IMG/VR virus record: IMGVR_UViG_3300025687_000024
Span: 1-64,000 of that record
Length of the DNA stretch: 64,000 nt
Direction: 5' to 3' (one strand)
From: a virus
Shown here: positions 38,771-48,613 of the stretch, piece by piece
Position numbering within the stretch: the first letter of the stretch is position 1
How the letters are laid out: every line of letters begins with the position of its first letter
Made by a program: the position numbers and the translations under genes
The notes under the pieces: generated by a model
Databases searched by the model: none
The model's input: the letters and a program-made list of their open reading frames with translations, nothing else
What the model was told of the DNA's origin: nothing

Positions 38771-40294
38771 ATGACCGGTGGTGGACTGAAGCGCGAGCAG
38801 ACCGCATCGGCGGAGAGCACGCAGAACACGCGGCAGGACAGGAACCTCTTCATCACCGATGGCGGGGTGTTCACCTGGGACGCCTCGACGGGCATCGTGG
38901 AGTGGGACGCGCCCATCAAGGTGCGCGTAGGCACCTTGGGGGAGCACACCATCCCGGCGGGGAGCCAGCCGGGCCTGGCTTCGGACGGCTTCGCTGCGGT
39001 CATCCAGCTCGACCGGGAGGCCGAGGATCCCACGCTCAGCGTGGTGCTCCGGGAGATGGACAACACCACCATGCTCCAGTCGGACACGGGGCTCGTGCTC
39101 TGCGTGCGCGCGGCTGACGGGCGGCTGCACTTCCGGGACGGCACGGTGTTCAACTCAGGAGACCAGCGGCGCCTCGGAACCACGCAGCCGTCGGACGTCG
39201 AGCGCACCGACTTCGAGTCGGACGGGCGCGCCTGGCCGGCTACCTACTACGCTCTCGGGGACACGGTGATCGCTGGCAGTGACGGCGTCATCTCGGCTGA
39301 CGGCAACACCTTCAGCAGCGCCACGGGTGGCTTCCTGGCCGCTGTGGCCGAGGGCGACTACGTCGCTCTGCGCGCGTACCAGGAGCACGTCGAGGTCATC
39401 TCCGTCGACGACGACAACACCCTCACCATCGACGGCTCCGCGAACGGGCCCTCGACCGGGGAGCCCTTCCGGGTGATTCGGGCGCCTGTCGTCTACTTGA
39501 CCGGGGCCGAGCAGCTGCGCGTGGAGGTCGGTGGACTGGGCCAGGTCGCCGGGACTCACTACAACGAGGTCGGACCTCTCGGGACCCTTTCTTCGTGGAT
39601 CCGGTTCGCGAACGGGGAGGAGCCCGGTGCGGGCGAGAGCATCACGGCCTACAACCTGGCAGGCGCACAGGGGCCTGCCGGGCCCGCCCAGTACCAGGAC
39701 CTCCAAGAGGTCTACGACCATGGTAGCTCCAAGAAGGTCGATACGACGGCGGACGACGAGCCTGTCGTGCTGACGGGTTCGGGAGCGAACCCTGTGATCG
39801 AGGTCGGAACCGAGGGCGGAGTCGAGGACCTCATCAAGCTCTGCGCTGATGGCACCATCGAGTGCGCGGGGTTGCGCATCCCAGACGGTACGGGATCCTA
39901 CTGGGTCTTCGGCATCGGCGGGGCCGCTTCGCTGAGCGTGGCGAACGACGGCGACGCGGACAGCCAGGCCCGCTTCCACAAGACGGGAGGCCTCGGCTGG
40001 GGAGCAGGAGACGAGCTCCGCTGGGCCGAGTTCGCGGGGTCCATGAACGCCGGCGGCGCTACGATCATCGCAACGGGCTTGGCGGGCATCAAGGGGTGCC
40101 TGCTGCTCCTCGAGGACACGGTCACCGGGTTCCACTACGCGGTGGAGATGCAGCTCGCCGACAACGCCAACCGGCGGAGCGTCGTCTCCTGGGACCCTGC
40201 GGGCAATCTCCAGATCTCGGGGGACTGGCTGGTGACCGCTCCGGTAGGGGTCAACCTGCAGGGCGGAGACTACACCCTCATCGTCTTCTACTGA
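38771..40294 (+). CDS. Tail fibre-like protein paralogous to the preceding gene
   Basis: Shared GGG...W domain, short GPAGP linker, DLQEVYDHG motif. Confidence 0.55.
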   Translation: MTGGGLKREQTASAESTQNTRQDRNLFITDGGVFTWDASTGIVEWDAPIKVRVGTLGEHTIPAGSQPGLASDGFAAVIQLDREAEDPTLSVVLREMDNTTMLQSDTGLVLCVRAADGRLHFRDGTVFNSGDQRRLGTTQPSDVERTDFESDGRAWPATYYALGDTVIAGSDGVISADGNTFSSATGGFLAAVAEGDYVALRAYQEHVEVISVDDDNTLTIDGSANGPSTGEPFRVIRAPVVYLTGAEQLRVEVGGLGQVAGTHYNEVGPLGTLSSWIRFANGEEPGAGESITAYNLAGAQGPAGPAQYQDLQEVYDHGSSKKVDTTADDEPVVLTGSGANPVIEVGTEGGVEDLIKLCADGTIECAGLRIPDGTGSYWVFGIGGAASLSVANDGDADSQARFHKTGGLGWGAGDELRWAEFAGSMNAGGATIIATGLAGIKGCLLLLEDTVTGFHYAVEMQLADNANRRSVVSWDPAGNLQISGDWLVTAPVGVNLQGGDYTLIVFY

Positions 40295-40301
40295 GGTCGC
40301 G

Positions 40302-40637
40302 ATGTTCTACTACGTGGTGAACGTGAAGAGTGAGCAGGTGCTGCTGCGAGGGTCGCGCCCGATCACTCCCCGGCAGGGCGAAGCAGTCATCGGAAGTGCG
40401 CTGAAGCTCAAGCCGCGAGAGGCGGCGGTGGTGGATGGCGTGATCGTCCGCAAGCCCCCCAGTGAGGTGGCGCAGGAGCGCAGGCAGCATGCCGAGGCCG
40501 CAGACGTGGTCGAGATGCAGACGATGCGGGACCTCTCCGAGTTCGAGCAGCTGTACGCCGCTCAGTCGGAGGACATGAAGCGGCTCATCTGCTTGGCCCT
40601 GATGCTCCCCCGGGACCTCGTACTGGGCCGCATGTAG
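40302..40637 (+). CDS. Putative tail fibre assembly/chaperone-like small protein
   Basis: Last gene after the fibres; SD GAGG. Confidence 0.4.
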   Translation: MFYYVVNVKSEQVLLRGSRPITPRQGEAVIGSALKLKPREAAVVDGVIVRKPPSEVAQERRQHAEAADVVEMQTMRDLSEFEQLYAAQSEDMKRLICLALMLPRDLVLGRM

Positions 40638-40640
40638 GCG

Positions 40641-40693
40641 AAAGGCGACCCTAAGCAGGTGGAGGGGTCGCCCTTTCTCGGGGCGACCCCTCC
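40641..40693. terminator. Bidirectional terminator region between convergent modules
   Basis: 13-bp stem GGAGGGGTCGCCC/GGGCGACCCCTCC (40661-40693) plus an alternative arm at 40641-40652. Confidence 0.6.
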
Positions 40694-40721
40694 GGGGTTG
40701 CGGGAGGAGGCAGTACCCGCG

Positions 40722-42071
40722 CTACTGGTTGAGAGCCGCGGCCTGGCGGAGGATCTTCCGGATCAGGCCCTTCTCGTACATGTGGGCGTAGGGGTCCGGG
40801 ACACCGACGTGATCGGCCACGCGCTGCAGCTCCTGCAGGGAGAGCGTGCGGAGCCAGTCCGCGGTGATCTCGTCGGGGATCTCGACGTCAGCGGAGCCGC
40901 TGGCGGCCGGCTGCTGGACCTGCTGCCGCGGGGCCTCCGGCTTCGGGTCCGCGGGCTGCTGGACGAGCTGCGCCTGATGCGCCGCCACCTGCACGGGGGA
41001 GGGCTCGGTGTTCTCGGCGGGCGCGGCCTCGTCCGCCCCGGCGTCGCCGATGAGGTTCGCGACCGCGCGCATGTCGTTCTTGATGTCGTTCGGCACCTCG
41101 GCGGGCTCGGCGTGCTCATCGACGAACATCATGAGCGTGGCGATCTGCTCGAGCACGATCTCCTGCATGCCGTAGAGGCTGACGAAGCCGCGAGCGAGCG
41201 TGCTGCGTGCCGTGGTGTTGAGGTCGTGCAGGTCGCCGAACATGCTCCGGAGCTCCTCGACCTGGCCCTGCATGGCCTCGGTCAGGCGCCCCTCCAGCTC
41301 CTCGAGGGCACCCGCGAGGGCCTCTCCGTCGATGCCCACCTGGACCTGCTGGACCGGCTGCTGCTGGACCTGCGGGGAGGGGTGCTCGGTGTGCGGGATG
41401 ATGACCTCATCCTCGGGGACCTGCTGCTGCTGCTGCTGCTGGACCTGCTGCGGGACCTGGGCCGCGTCTCCGATGAGCGCCTCCAAGCCCTCGACCAGCT
41501 TGGCGCGGTTGCGCCCGGCCTTCTCGACCTGCAGGAGGCTCTGGAGCGCGGGAACGTCCCAGTCGCCCACATGGCGGATGATGCTGGGGAAGCGCTTCCC
41601 GAGCAGCTCGTCGTAGTTCGGGGCCGCGGCGGCCTGCTGCTGGGCCTGCGGAGGCGGCTGGACCTGCTGCTGCTGAACCTGCTGCTCCTGCTGCTGCGGG
41701 GCCTGGCCCTGCTGCGGGGCAGCGCCGTCGGCCTGGGGGAACACCTGGGGGAAGAGCGAGACGTCGAGCCCCAGCTCGGTCATGATGCTCTCGTCGGCCA
41801 GGTCGTTCCGGGCGGCGGCCAGCGCCTCCATGACGGCGTCGGACTTGGGCCACTGGAGCCCGTTGTCGCCTTCCACGATGCAGGCCTTGTAGGAGAAGAT
41901 GCCCTCACGCTCGGCGTCGATGAGGGAGGCGAGGTCGGCGTTCCTGAACTGGGTGACGGACTTGGCCGCGGCCAGGCCGTTGCCGATGCCGAACACCAGC
42001 TGGGCGAGAGCGAGGATGTTCGGGCGCCGCTTGGCGGCGTCGGCGGTGGGGGTGTTGATGTCGATACTCAT
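40722..42071 (-). CDS. Q/P-rich multidomain protein with HeH/Rho-N-like motifs and coiled coil
   Basis: Poly-Q tracts; EKAGRNRAKLVEGLE; C-terminal LRTLSLQELQRVADHVGV...LIRKIL. Confidence 0.7.
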   Translation of the reverse strand: MSIDINTPTADAAKRRPNILALAQLVFGIGNGLAAAKSVTQFRNADLASLIDAEREGIFSYKACIVEGDNGLQWPKSDAVMEALAAARNDLADESIMTELGLDVSLFPQVFPQADGAAPQQGQAPQQQEQQVQQQQVQPPPQAQQQAAAAPNYDELLGKRFPSIIRHVGDWDVPALQSLLQVEKAGRNRAKLVEGLEALIGDAAQVPQQVQQQQQQQVPEDEVIIPHTEHPSPQVQQQPVQQVQVGIDGEALAGALEELEGRLTEAMQGQVEELRSMFGDLHDLNTTARSTLARGFVSLYGMQEIVLEQIATLMMFVDEHAEPAEVPNDIKNDMRAVANLIGDAGADEAAPAENTEPSPVQVAAHQAQLVQQPADPKPEAPRQQVQQPAASGSADVEIPDEITADWLRTLSLQELQRVADHVGVPDPYAHMYEKGLIRKILRQAAALNQ

Positions 42072-42083
42072 CTTCTGCGTCCT

Positions 42084-42533
42084 CTACTGTGGGGTCACCT
42101 TGCGGTGGTTGGCGGTGTAGCACTCAACGACGCGGTTGTGCGGGCACTGGAAGCACTCGAAGCCGCAGGTGCTGGCGGAAGGCATGATCTGGGTGTTGCC
42201 GTGGGTGAACTCGTAGGTGCGCTCGCGCACTACTTCGAGTGGGTCGGGGGTCTCGATGGGCTCTCCCAGTAGGAGAGCGATGAGGTCTTCTCGGGGGAGC
42301 TGCCTGCTGGCCGACGCGTGCCCTTGCATCTGGCACAACTGGGCGATCTCCGTGGTGCTCATATCGTTGACGAGGGTGAAGTCGAGGCAGATTTCGTCCG
42401 CCTTCTTCTTTCGCTTCCGGGCCATGGGTCCTTCCTCGGGGAACAGCTCTTCCAGCTCGGCGATCCGGCTCTCCATGCGCTCGAGCTGGGAGTGCATGTC
42501 GAGTACGAGCCTAACCAGCCGCTCCTGCTTCAT
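42084..42533 (-). CDS. Hypothetical protein with HeH-like and Cys-rich motifs (alternative start 42425)
   Basis: MSTTEIAQLC...REDLIALL; C-x3-C-x2-C-x6-C. Confidence 0.6.
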   Translation of the reverse strand: MKQERLVRLVLDMHSQLERMESRIAELEELFPEEGPMARKRKKKADEICLDFTLVNDMSTTEIAQLCQMQGHASASRQLPREDLIALLLGEPIETPDPLEVVRERTYEFTHGNTQIMPSASTCGFECFQCPHNRVVECYTANHRKVTPQ

Positions 42534-42969
42534 GGGGGTCGTCCTCCAGCGCGGAAGGGTAGAGGTAAGCGACCACGCGTGGTCCTTGTGAGTAGGCTTC
42601 CCGCTTATGCAGGAGAACGTCGAAGTTATTCCGGTCGCTCAGGCCCACCAGCTTGGCGATGCAGTCCTCTACCAGCTTGATGAGGTTGGACACGTCGACG
42701 TTCTTGTAGGGGTGCTTGGTCTTCGCCTTCACGCCCCAGGAGAGGTTGTAGAGGTCTTCGGGGGCGATGTAGAACCAGACCTCGAGGGTGTAGGCCTGCT
42801 CCCGCTCTACTCGGATAGCGAGGAAGTCCTTGGTGGACATCCCTCCTTGGGCGGCGAGGAAGGCCTGCCTCCAGTTCCTACCTGCCGTGGTGAGGATCTT
42901 GCGTCCCCGGGCCACGGTGTAGAGCTTGTTGACGGACACGGGGAGGGCGGGGAACTGGAAGCAGTACAT
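42511..42969 (-). CDS. rusA: RusA-like Holliday junction resolvase
   Basis: PVSVNKLY; DVSNLIKLVEDCI...SDRN. Confidence 0.75.
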   Translation of the reverse strand: MYCFQFPALPVSVNKLYTVARGRKILTTAGRNWRQAFLAAQGGMSTKDFLAIRVEREQAYTLEVWFYIAPEDLYNLSWGVKAKTKHPYKNVDVSNLIKLVEDCIAKLVGLSDRNNFDVLLHKREAYSQGPRVVAYLYPSALEDDPHEAGAAG

Positions 42970-43592
42970 CAGCGGGGCCTACGCCAGCGCTGGGGGTTGA
43001 CGACCGGCGCGGTGCGCTCCTGCCGATCCTGGTTCTCGACGTCCTGGGCCTTCCTGGTCTGCTCACGGGAGATGAGGTTGAGGGAGCGCTTCATCTGCTC
43101 GAACCGCTCCTGCGTCTTGCGCATGTAGACCTCCATGCGCAGCAGGCCAGCGTCGGCGGAGACGAAGCGCTCATCCATGTCGATCTTGGCGTCCAGCATG
43201 GCCGCTGCGATGCCGCAGTCCTCCTTGTAGTAGATCTTCAGCGCACTCTGAAGCACCCGGACAGTTCGGGACTGGACCAGGTGCATGGCCTTGGAGCGCA
43301 TGTACTCGGCGGACAGGTAGTTGGTCCAGCCGCTGGCGTAGCCGAAGAGCTTGCCCAGTGTGACCAGGTCGAGCTCGGTGACGTCGGCGGGCACGATGGG
43401 GTCCCCGTTCTCAGCGAACTCGATGTGGCCCTCGAGGCCAGTCGGGAGCGCGGGGATGGGGAGCCTGTCGCTGATCGCACGTTCGGCCAAGCTGCGGTCG
43501 ACATCGTCGATGATGTTGTCGTAGATGTCGATGAGCTCGTCGATGCGGACGTTGCTCGGGACGGGGAACGCGGCACCGCCTGTGTGGGACAT
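42969..43592 (-). CDS. Helical protein, possibly a UvsY-like recombination mediator
   Basis: Start at the TGATG overlap (MSHTGG); coiled-coil C-terminal half; context. Confidence 0.45.
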   Translation of the reverse strand: MSHTGGAAFPVPSNVRIDELIDIYDNIIDDVDRSLAERAISDRLPIPALPTGLEGHIEFAENGDPIVPADVTELDLVTLGKLFGYASGWTNYLSAEYMRSKAMHLVQSRTVRVLQSALKIYYKEDCGIAAAMLDAKIDMDERFVSADAGLLRMEVYMRKTQERFEQMKRSLNLISREQTRKAQDVENQDRQERTAPVVNPQRWRRPR

Positions 43593-44911
43593 CAGAACCT
43601 CCTCTGCCGCTTGTACGCAGCGGGCTTGCAGGTCCACATGTAGGGGCACTCCCCGCACTTGGACTTGATGTCGATCTGCGGGGGGAGCAGGCCCTGTTGG
43701 ACCGTCTTGATGATGTGGGCGCAGCGGGTGGCTGTCTTCTTCCAGGACACCCGGTTGTGCGGCGTCACGAACTGCTTCATGACGCCCTCTTCCTTGTTGA
43801 CGTAGAGGTAGAGGACGCGCTCCAAGCCGAGCAAGGCGCAGTAGATGTTGGCCTGGTCAACATGCTCGCGCTTCGCCTTGGTGAACTTCTTGTAGCTGCT
43901 GCCCCCCGCACTCTTGATCTCGTAGCCGAGCACGTCTTCCTGCCCGTCACAGTGCCCGGTGATCTTGAGTTGCTCGTGCTGGACACGCACTTCCTCCTGG
44001 AAGGCGTCTCCCTTGGCGATGGCCAGGGCCATCTGCACGATGTCGTGGAGCGCGTGCCCGGCGTTGAAGATGCGGCGCAGGTGCGACGAGATCTGCCCCA
44101 TCTGACGGATGCCCATGAGGCCATAGGCGATGCGGCGGTCGCAGGGCGTCATGGAGAGCTCGGACGGATGGATGCAGTGCGTAGCCCGCCCCGAGTCCTT
44201 GAAGTTCAGGCTGAACAGGTACCTGTCGAGCTCGATGATGATGTCGGTGGTGGGCACCGCCCGGATGCCGTTGCTCGGCCAAGGGTCGGGAGGGCCGAAG
44301 CGGTCTGCATCACACTTGGTGGCGTAGGGGCAGGCCGCGCAGTCGTTGTCGGACGCTGTCCCGCCGGGGAAGCCCTCACCGCGCCAGAGGCTCGCCAGGT
44401 AGGCAGGTACCTTCGCCACAGCTTTCCCGGCCTCGTCGATGTCCGTGAGCGTCCAGGCTGACCACTTCTGCGTGTTGCGGTCCACCAGGATGACGATGAC
44501 TGCCTCCGCGCCGAGCATGTGGGCGCGGGCCGCTGCGATGAGCTTGGAGCGCGCAGGGAACTGGGGGAACACCCGGGTGGACTCGTGGGAGAGCATCACG
44601 GGAAGTCCGTCGAGGTAGCCCAGGTGCTGTACTTGTACCCCGGAGTACAGCGTAGGAGCTGCGCGAGAGAAGCGGGTGGGGAAGCACGCGGCCAGGTAGC
44701 GCTGCACGTGCTCCCCGAACTTGTACTCGTAGAGCCGCAGCAGGACCTTGGCGGGATCCTCGAGGCGGTCGGGTTCTTCCCCGATGAGCTGTAGGTAGAG
44801 GCGCCAGCTGCACGGCGTCTTGACGACGTCAGCGACCTCTACCTCTTGGGGGTAGCTGCCGATGCGGCTCAGCACCTGCTCAACGGCTGCTACTGCGTCC
44901 ACTGTCTGCAT
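43592..44911 (-). CDS. Cas4-like PD-(D/E)XK exonuclease with tandem domains
   Basis: IHPSE..C.R, GHCDG, EIKS, QANIY, C-x2-C-P-Y-x3-C; degenerate N-terminal copy. Confidence 0.8.
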   Translation of the reverse strand: MQTVDAVAAVEQVLSRIGSYPQEVEVADVVKTPCSWRLYLQLIGEEPDRLEDPAKVLLRLYEYKFGEHVQRYLAACFPTRFSRAAPTLYSGVQVQHLGYLDGLPVMLSHESTRVFPQFPARSKLIAAARAHMLGAEAVIVILVDRNTQKWSAWTLTDIDEAGKAVAKVPAYLASLWRGEGFPGGTASDNDCAACPYATKCDADRFGPPDPWPSNGIRAVPTTDIIIELDRYLFSLNFKDSGRATHCIHPSELSMTPCDRRIAYGLMGIRQMGQISSHLRRIFNAGHALHDIVQMALAIAKGDAFQEEVRVQHEQLKITGHCDGQEDVLGYEIKSAGGSSYKKFTKAKREHVDQANIYCALLGLERVLYLYVNKEEGVMKQFVTPHNRVSWKKTATRCAHIIKTVQQGLLPPQIDIKSKCGECPYMWTCKPAAYKRQRRF

Positions 44912-45487
44912 GGAATCTCCTGAAGGCGGCTTCCGACATGACCACGGCCCGGGGTTCCAAGGGGATCTCCAAGGGCTCGGGGTAGTCGTGTCGTGCGAAG
45001 GTCACACCCCCGCGGGTGAGCGGGAGGGCCCCGCGGTCGGGTAGGTGCCCCTCCAAAGCTGCAGCTCGGGCGAGGACGATGGTGATGTGGGGGTGCTGGG
45101 TGAACACGACACGCAGGAGGGGTTCCTCGCCGGCGGCGAGGGCTCCTTGGACGAAGTCAGTCCAGGTGGAGCCCTTCAGCCGGTAGCGGTCGCTGCGAGT
45201 ACTCTTGTTCTCGACGCGCCACGCGCCGAGCGTCCGGACGTCGCCGTCCATGTTCTCGGCGCCAGAGCGCAGGGTCTCTCGGCCTCCAACCAGGGCGGCA
45301 GCTCCCTTCTCGGTAGAGCGCCAGGCCTGCTTCTTGAGGTGCTTGGGTTGTGCCCGCTTCTTGCGTGGGCAGTCGTCGGCGTGGTCGATCCCGTCCAGGA
45401 TGTTGGCGGTCCTGTTCTTCAGGACGCGCTTGACCCGGACGGGTCCCTCGCGGCCGCACAGTAGGCAGCGGCTCTGGCGCCAGTCGC

Positions 45488-45491
<4 letters not shown>
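44880..45491 (-). CDS. Hjc-like PD-(D/E)XK endonuclease/resolvase with N-terminal Zn site
   Basis: E.GAA....G....SGA....GDV......VENKST. Confidence 0.65.
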
Positions 45492-46554
<1,063 letters not shown>

Positions 46555-46555
<1 letters not shown>

Positions 46556-46701
46556 TACTTCTTCTCCTCACGCACGGGCTGCTTGCGCTCGCGGACTTCG
46601 CCCTTCTCGGGGCGGGACAGCTGCTTGGCCTGGGCTTCGGCCGCGGCGTGGGCCTTCTTCTCCATGTCGGTCTGGACGACACCGTGCTTCTCGATGGTCA
46701 T
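46555..46701 (-). CDS. 48-aa charged peptide (not in ORF track)
   Basis: SD AGGAG; [16 protein letters not shown]...EEKK; TAG overlaps the recA GTG. Confidence 0.55.
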
Positions 46702-46720
46702 GGCGGACTCCTGGTGGGCC

Positions 46721-48613
46721 TTAGCCCTTGGCGGCTCCCCAGTTCTCCACAGCGGCAGGCTCTGCCGGCAGGGGAACGGGGAGGGGTTGATCGAAGGGAC
46801 GCTCCATCACGTACTGGACGTACTCCATGGCCTCGGCGTGGGTTTCCCGCGGGCCGCAGAAGACGAGCTCGTCGTGCACCTGCAGGCGCAGGGTCGTACC
46901 GAGCTCGTGCACGAGGTAGGCGTCGTTGTTGAGGCGGATCATCGCTTTCTTCACGATGTCCGCAGCGCTGCCCTGGATGGGCGCGTTGATGGCCTGGTTC
47001 TCTGCGTGCCCTCGCAGGCGCCAGTTCTTGGCCTTCGCTTTGGACAGCCGCCGCAGGCGGCCACAGATGGTCTGCACGTACCCCTTCTTGCGCGCGTGCT
47101 CGATCATCGAGTCCATGTAGGTCTGCACCCCGGGGTAGATGGCGAGGTACTGGTCGATGTAGCCCTGGGCCTCTTCCCGAGACACTACGCGACCCAGCTT
47201 CTGCGTGAGCTGGACAGCCAGGCCCACCGAGGTGATCCCGTAGACGATACCGAAGCCGACGTTCTTGGCTCCCTGACGCATCTGGAGCGCGATGGCGTCC
47301 CCGATGGCCTTGAGCGCGACGAACTCGTCGTATTCGATGCCCATCATCATCGCCGCCGTGAACGAGTGCATGTCCAGGCCTTCGTTGATGGCACGGATCA
47401 TGGTCGGGTCGTTCGCGAAGCACGCGAGGATGCGCATCTCCAGCTGGGCATAGTCTGCGACGATGAGCAACTGGCTCGGGTCGTCAGGCACGAAGACGGA
47501 GCGGATGCCGTGGGGGTCGTTGTCCGGGCGAGGGACGTTCTGGAGGTTGGGGTCGGACGAGCCGAGACGGCCCGTGAGCTTCGTAGCGGAGTACGTAGTG
47601 TGGATGCGCCCGTCGGCCTGAATCCACTTCGCCAGGCCCTCGGCGTAGGTGCCCTTGAGCTTCGACGCCTTTCGGTACTGCAGGATGAGCTCGCACTCCT
47701 TGACTCCCTGGCCCACGAAGTACTTCAGCGTCTTCTCGTCACAGCTCGGGTCCCCTCCGGGGGTCTTGCTTCGCGGCGTCAGGCCGAGGTCGCGGAACAG
47801 CAGTTCGCGCACCTGCTTGGTGCTGTTCGGGTTGAAAGGCTTCCCGACCATGCAGTTGAGCTCGAAGGCGACATCGTCCATCTCCCGCTGGAGAGAGACT
47901 CCCATGTGCTCGAGCCCATCCCGGTCCACGCGGATACCGCGCCGTTCCATGTCGAAGAGGCACAGCAGCTGCGGTTCTTCGGTGTCCCAGTAGTGGCTGA
48001 GCAGGGTGGTGTCGAGGTCAGGCCACAGGCGCACCTGGCCCAGCTTCTCCATGTGGTGCTCGGCCAGCTTGCGGGTCACCCACGGGTCCAGGGACGCATA
48101 GTCGAGGAACTTGGCCCAGAGGGCGTGCCCAGGCTGGACCTCGCGAGGGTCGGCCTTGCCGAACAGCTCCTTGTACTTGCCCATCGGGATGCCGAAGTAG
48201 TCCCACGAGCACTGGTCGAGGCTGTGGCGGTTCTCCCGCGTGTCCTCGTCGTAGAGGAAGTCCCCCATGAGCGTGTCGAAGGTGTGGCCCCCCACCGCGA
48301 TGCCTGCGTTGGCGAAGCGGTGGAAGTCGTACTTCATGTTGTGCATCGCCTTGACGCTGTGCTCGTTCTCCAGCACGGGGGCGAAGTGGCGCAGGTAGCG
48401 GTACGGCACCAGGTAGCGGGTGTACTCGTCCGGACTCAGGCCCGTGTACAGGGCCTGGTCCGTCATGTTGGTGTAGATGGTGGTGCTGAGGATCTGCAGG
48501 GTCTCGGTGTCGGCACCCAGCAGGGTAGCGTCCATGCAGCGCCGTACACTCTCCTCCACAGCTTCGGGGGTGTCCACATAGACGGGCGGCGGCGCCGCGG
48601 TCACGAACTCCAT
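46721..48613 (-). CDS. polA: Family A DNA polymerase with 3'-5' exonuclease, no 5' nuclease domain
   Basis: Exo motifs DTET, HNMKYD, YASLD; pol motifs DYAQLEMR, KNVGFGIVYG, QVHDE. Confidence 0.95.
   Translation of the reverse strand: MEFVTAAPPPVYVDTPEAVEESVRRCMDATLLGADTETLQILSTTIYTNMTDQALYTGLSPDEYTRYLVPYRYLRHFAPVLENEHSVKAMHNMKYDFHRFANAGIAVGGHTFDTLMGDFLYDEDTRENRHSLDQCSWDYFGIPMGKYKELFGKADPREVQPGHALWAKFLDYASLDPWVTRKLAEHHMEKLGQVRLWPDLDTTLLSHYWDTEEPQLLCLFDMERRGIRVDRDGLEHMGVSLQREMDDVAFELNCMVGKPFNPNSTKQVRELLFRDLGLTPRSKTPGGDPSCDEKTLKYFVGQGVKECELILQYRKASKLKGTYAEGLAKWIQADGRIHTTYSATKLTGRLGSSDPNLQNVPRPDNDPHGIRSVFVPDDPSQLLIVADYAQLEMRILACFANDPTMIRAINEGLDMHSFTAAMMMGIEYDEFVALKAIGDAIALQMRQGAKNVGFGIVYGITSVGLAVQLTQKLGRVVSREEAQGYIDQYLAIYPGVQTYMDSMIEHARKKGYVQTICGRLRRLSKAKAKNWRLRGHAENQAINAPIQGSAADIVKKAMIRLNNDAYLVHELGTTLRLQVHDELVFCGPRETHAEAMEYVQYVMERPFDQPLPVPLPAEPAAVENWGAAKG

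Noticed and set aside
3019-40637. Extracellular contractile injection system, tailocin or T6SS
   Set aside because: Linked portal, replication and transcription genes indicate a complete phage.
41415-41700. CTG/CAG triplet runs as a repeat array
   Set aside because: They encode poly-Gln linkers of the minus-strand protein.
43592-44911. CRISPR-Cas system suggested by the Cas4-like gene
   Set aside because: No repeat-spacer array or other cas genes seen in the window.
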